Assembly: GCA_000388065.2 (NCBI GenBank) | Contig: KB932211.1 | Strand: one strand, 5' to 3' | Length of the DNA stretch: 30,980 bases | DNA from: Fonticula alba ATCC 38817 | Lineage: Eukaryota > Protista > Nucleariida | In this document: piece after piece, positions 30,717-30,980 of the stretch | How the letters are laid out: each line of letters begins with the position of its first letter | Numbering within the stretch: position 1 is the first letter of the stretch | Notes under the pieces: generated by a model | Databases searched by the model: none | What the model was told of the DNA's origin: nothing | Seen by the model: only the letters and a program-made list of their open reading frames with translations | Translations under genes and position numbers: made by a program

Positions 30717-30912
30717 GTGCGCCCCTGCCTCGCCCCCTTTTTTCCCTTGCCGCCCTGCTCTCCCGCGGTCGCCTGGCTCGTTGTGGCCCCTTTTTCCTCC
30801 GCTTGCACACATGTGTGCTCGCGTGCACATGCACACTCGCGTGCACATGCACACATGTGTGCTCGCGTACACATATACATATGAACACATTTACTCACGT
30901 ACACTAACACGC

Positions 30913-30980
30913 ACACCTACACACCTACACACCTACACGACTACACACCTACAAAACTACATAACTACACACCTACACAC
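30913..30980. repeat. Tandem 8-bp repeat (ACACCTAC) x8.5 with variants, probably intronic, truncated by the window end
   Basis: Units acacctac x3, acgactac, acacctac, aaaactac, ataactac, acacctac, acac. Confidence 0.9.

Noticed and set aside
30913-30980. Telomeric repeat at the window end
   Set aside because: The C-rich strand runs toward the right end, which is the wrong polarity for a right telomere. The units are degenerate and lie just after an open gene.

Overview
This is eukaryotic, very GC-rich, intron-containing DNA with CAG acceptors, GTGCGT donors and CCA-less Pol III tRNA genes. The gene style resembles the amoeboid holomycotan Fonticula, but that is recall and was not tested. Two paralogous >2000-aa type-I receptor kinases lie head-to-head across a 10.5-kb spacer with no credible gene. 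Each has a signal peptide, two ~400-500-aa non-Cys domains, a long furin-like Cys-rich stalk, a Gly-zipper TM helix and a TKL-like kinase. RK1 (minus, 2 exons, ~2070 aa) has an HRD catalytic loop. RK2 (plus, 4 exons, 2306 aa) has HCD (non-RD). The pair is bracketed by two identical direct-orientation tRNA-Asp(GTC) genes, the right one in a Lys/Glu/Asp cluster. A third secreted or surface protein with FG-GAP-type Ca-binding motifs starts at 29141 and probably runs off the window. Main observation: all three genes appear to end their first coding exon with a phase-1 intron just after the same Cys module, which suggests exchangeable N-terminal sensor exons on a shared stalk. Most long ORFs in the six-frame track are GC shadow ORFs. 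All splice models were derived by hand.
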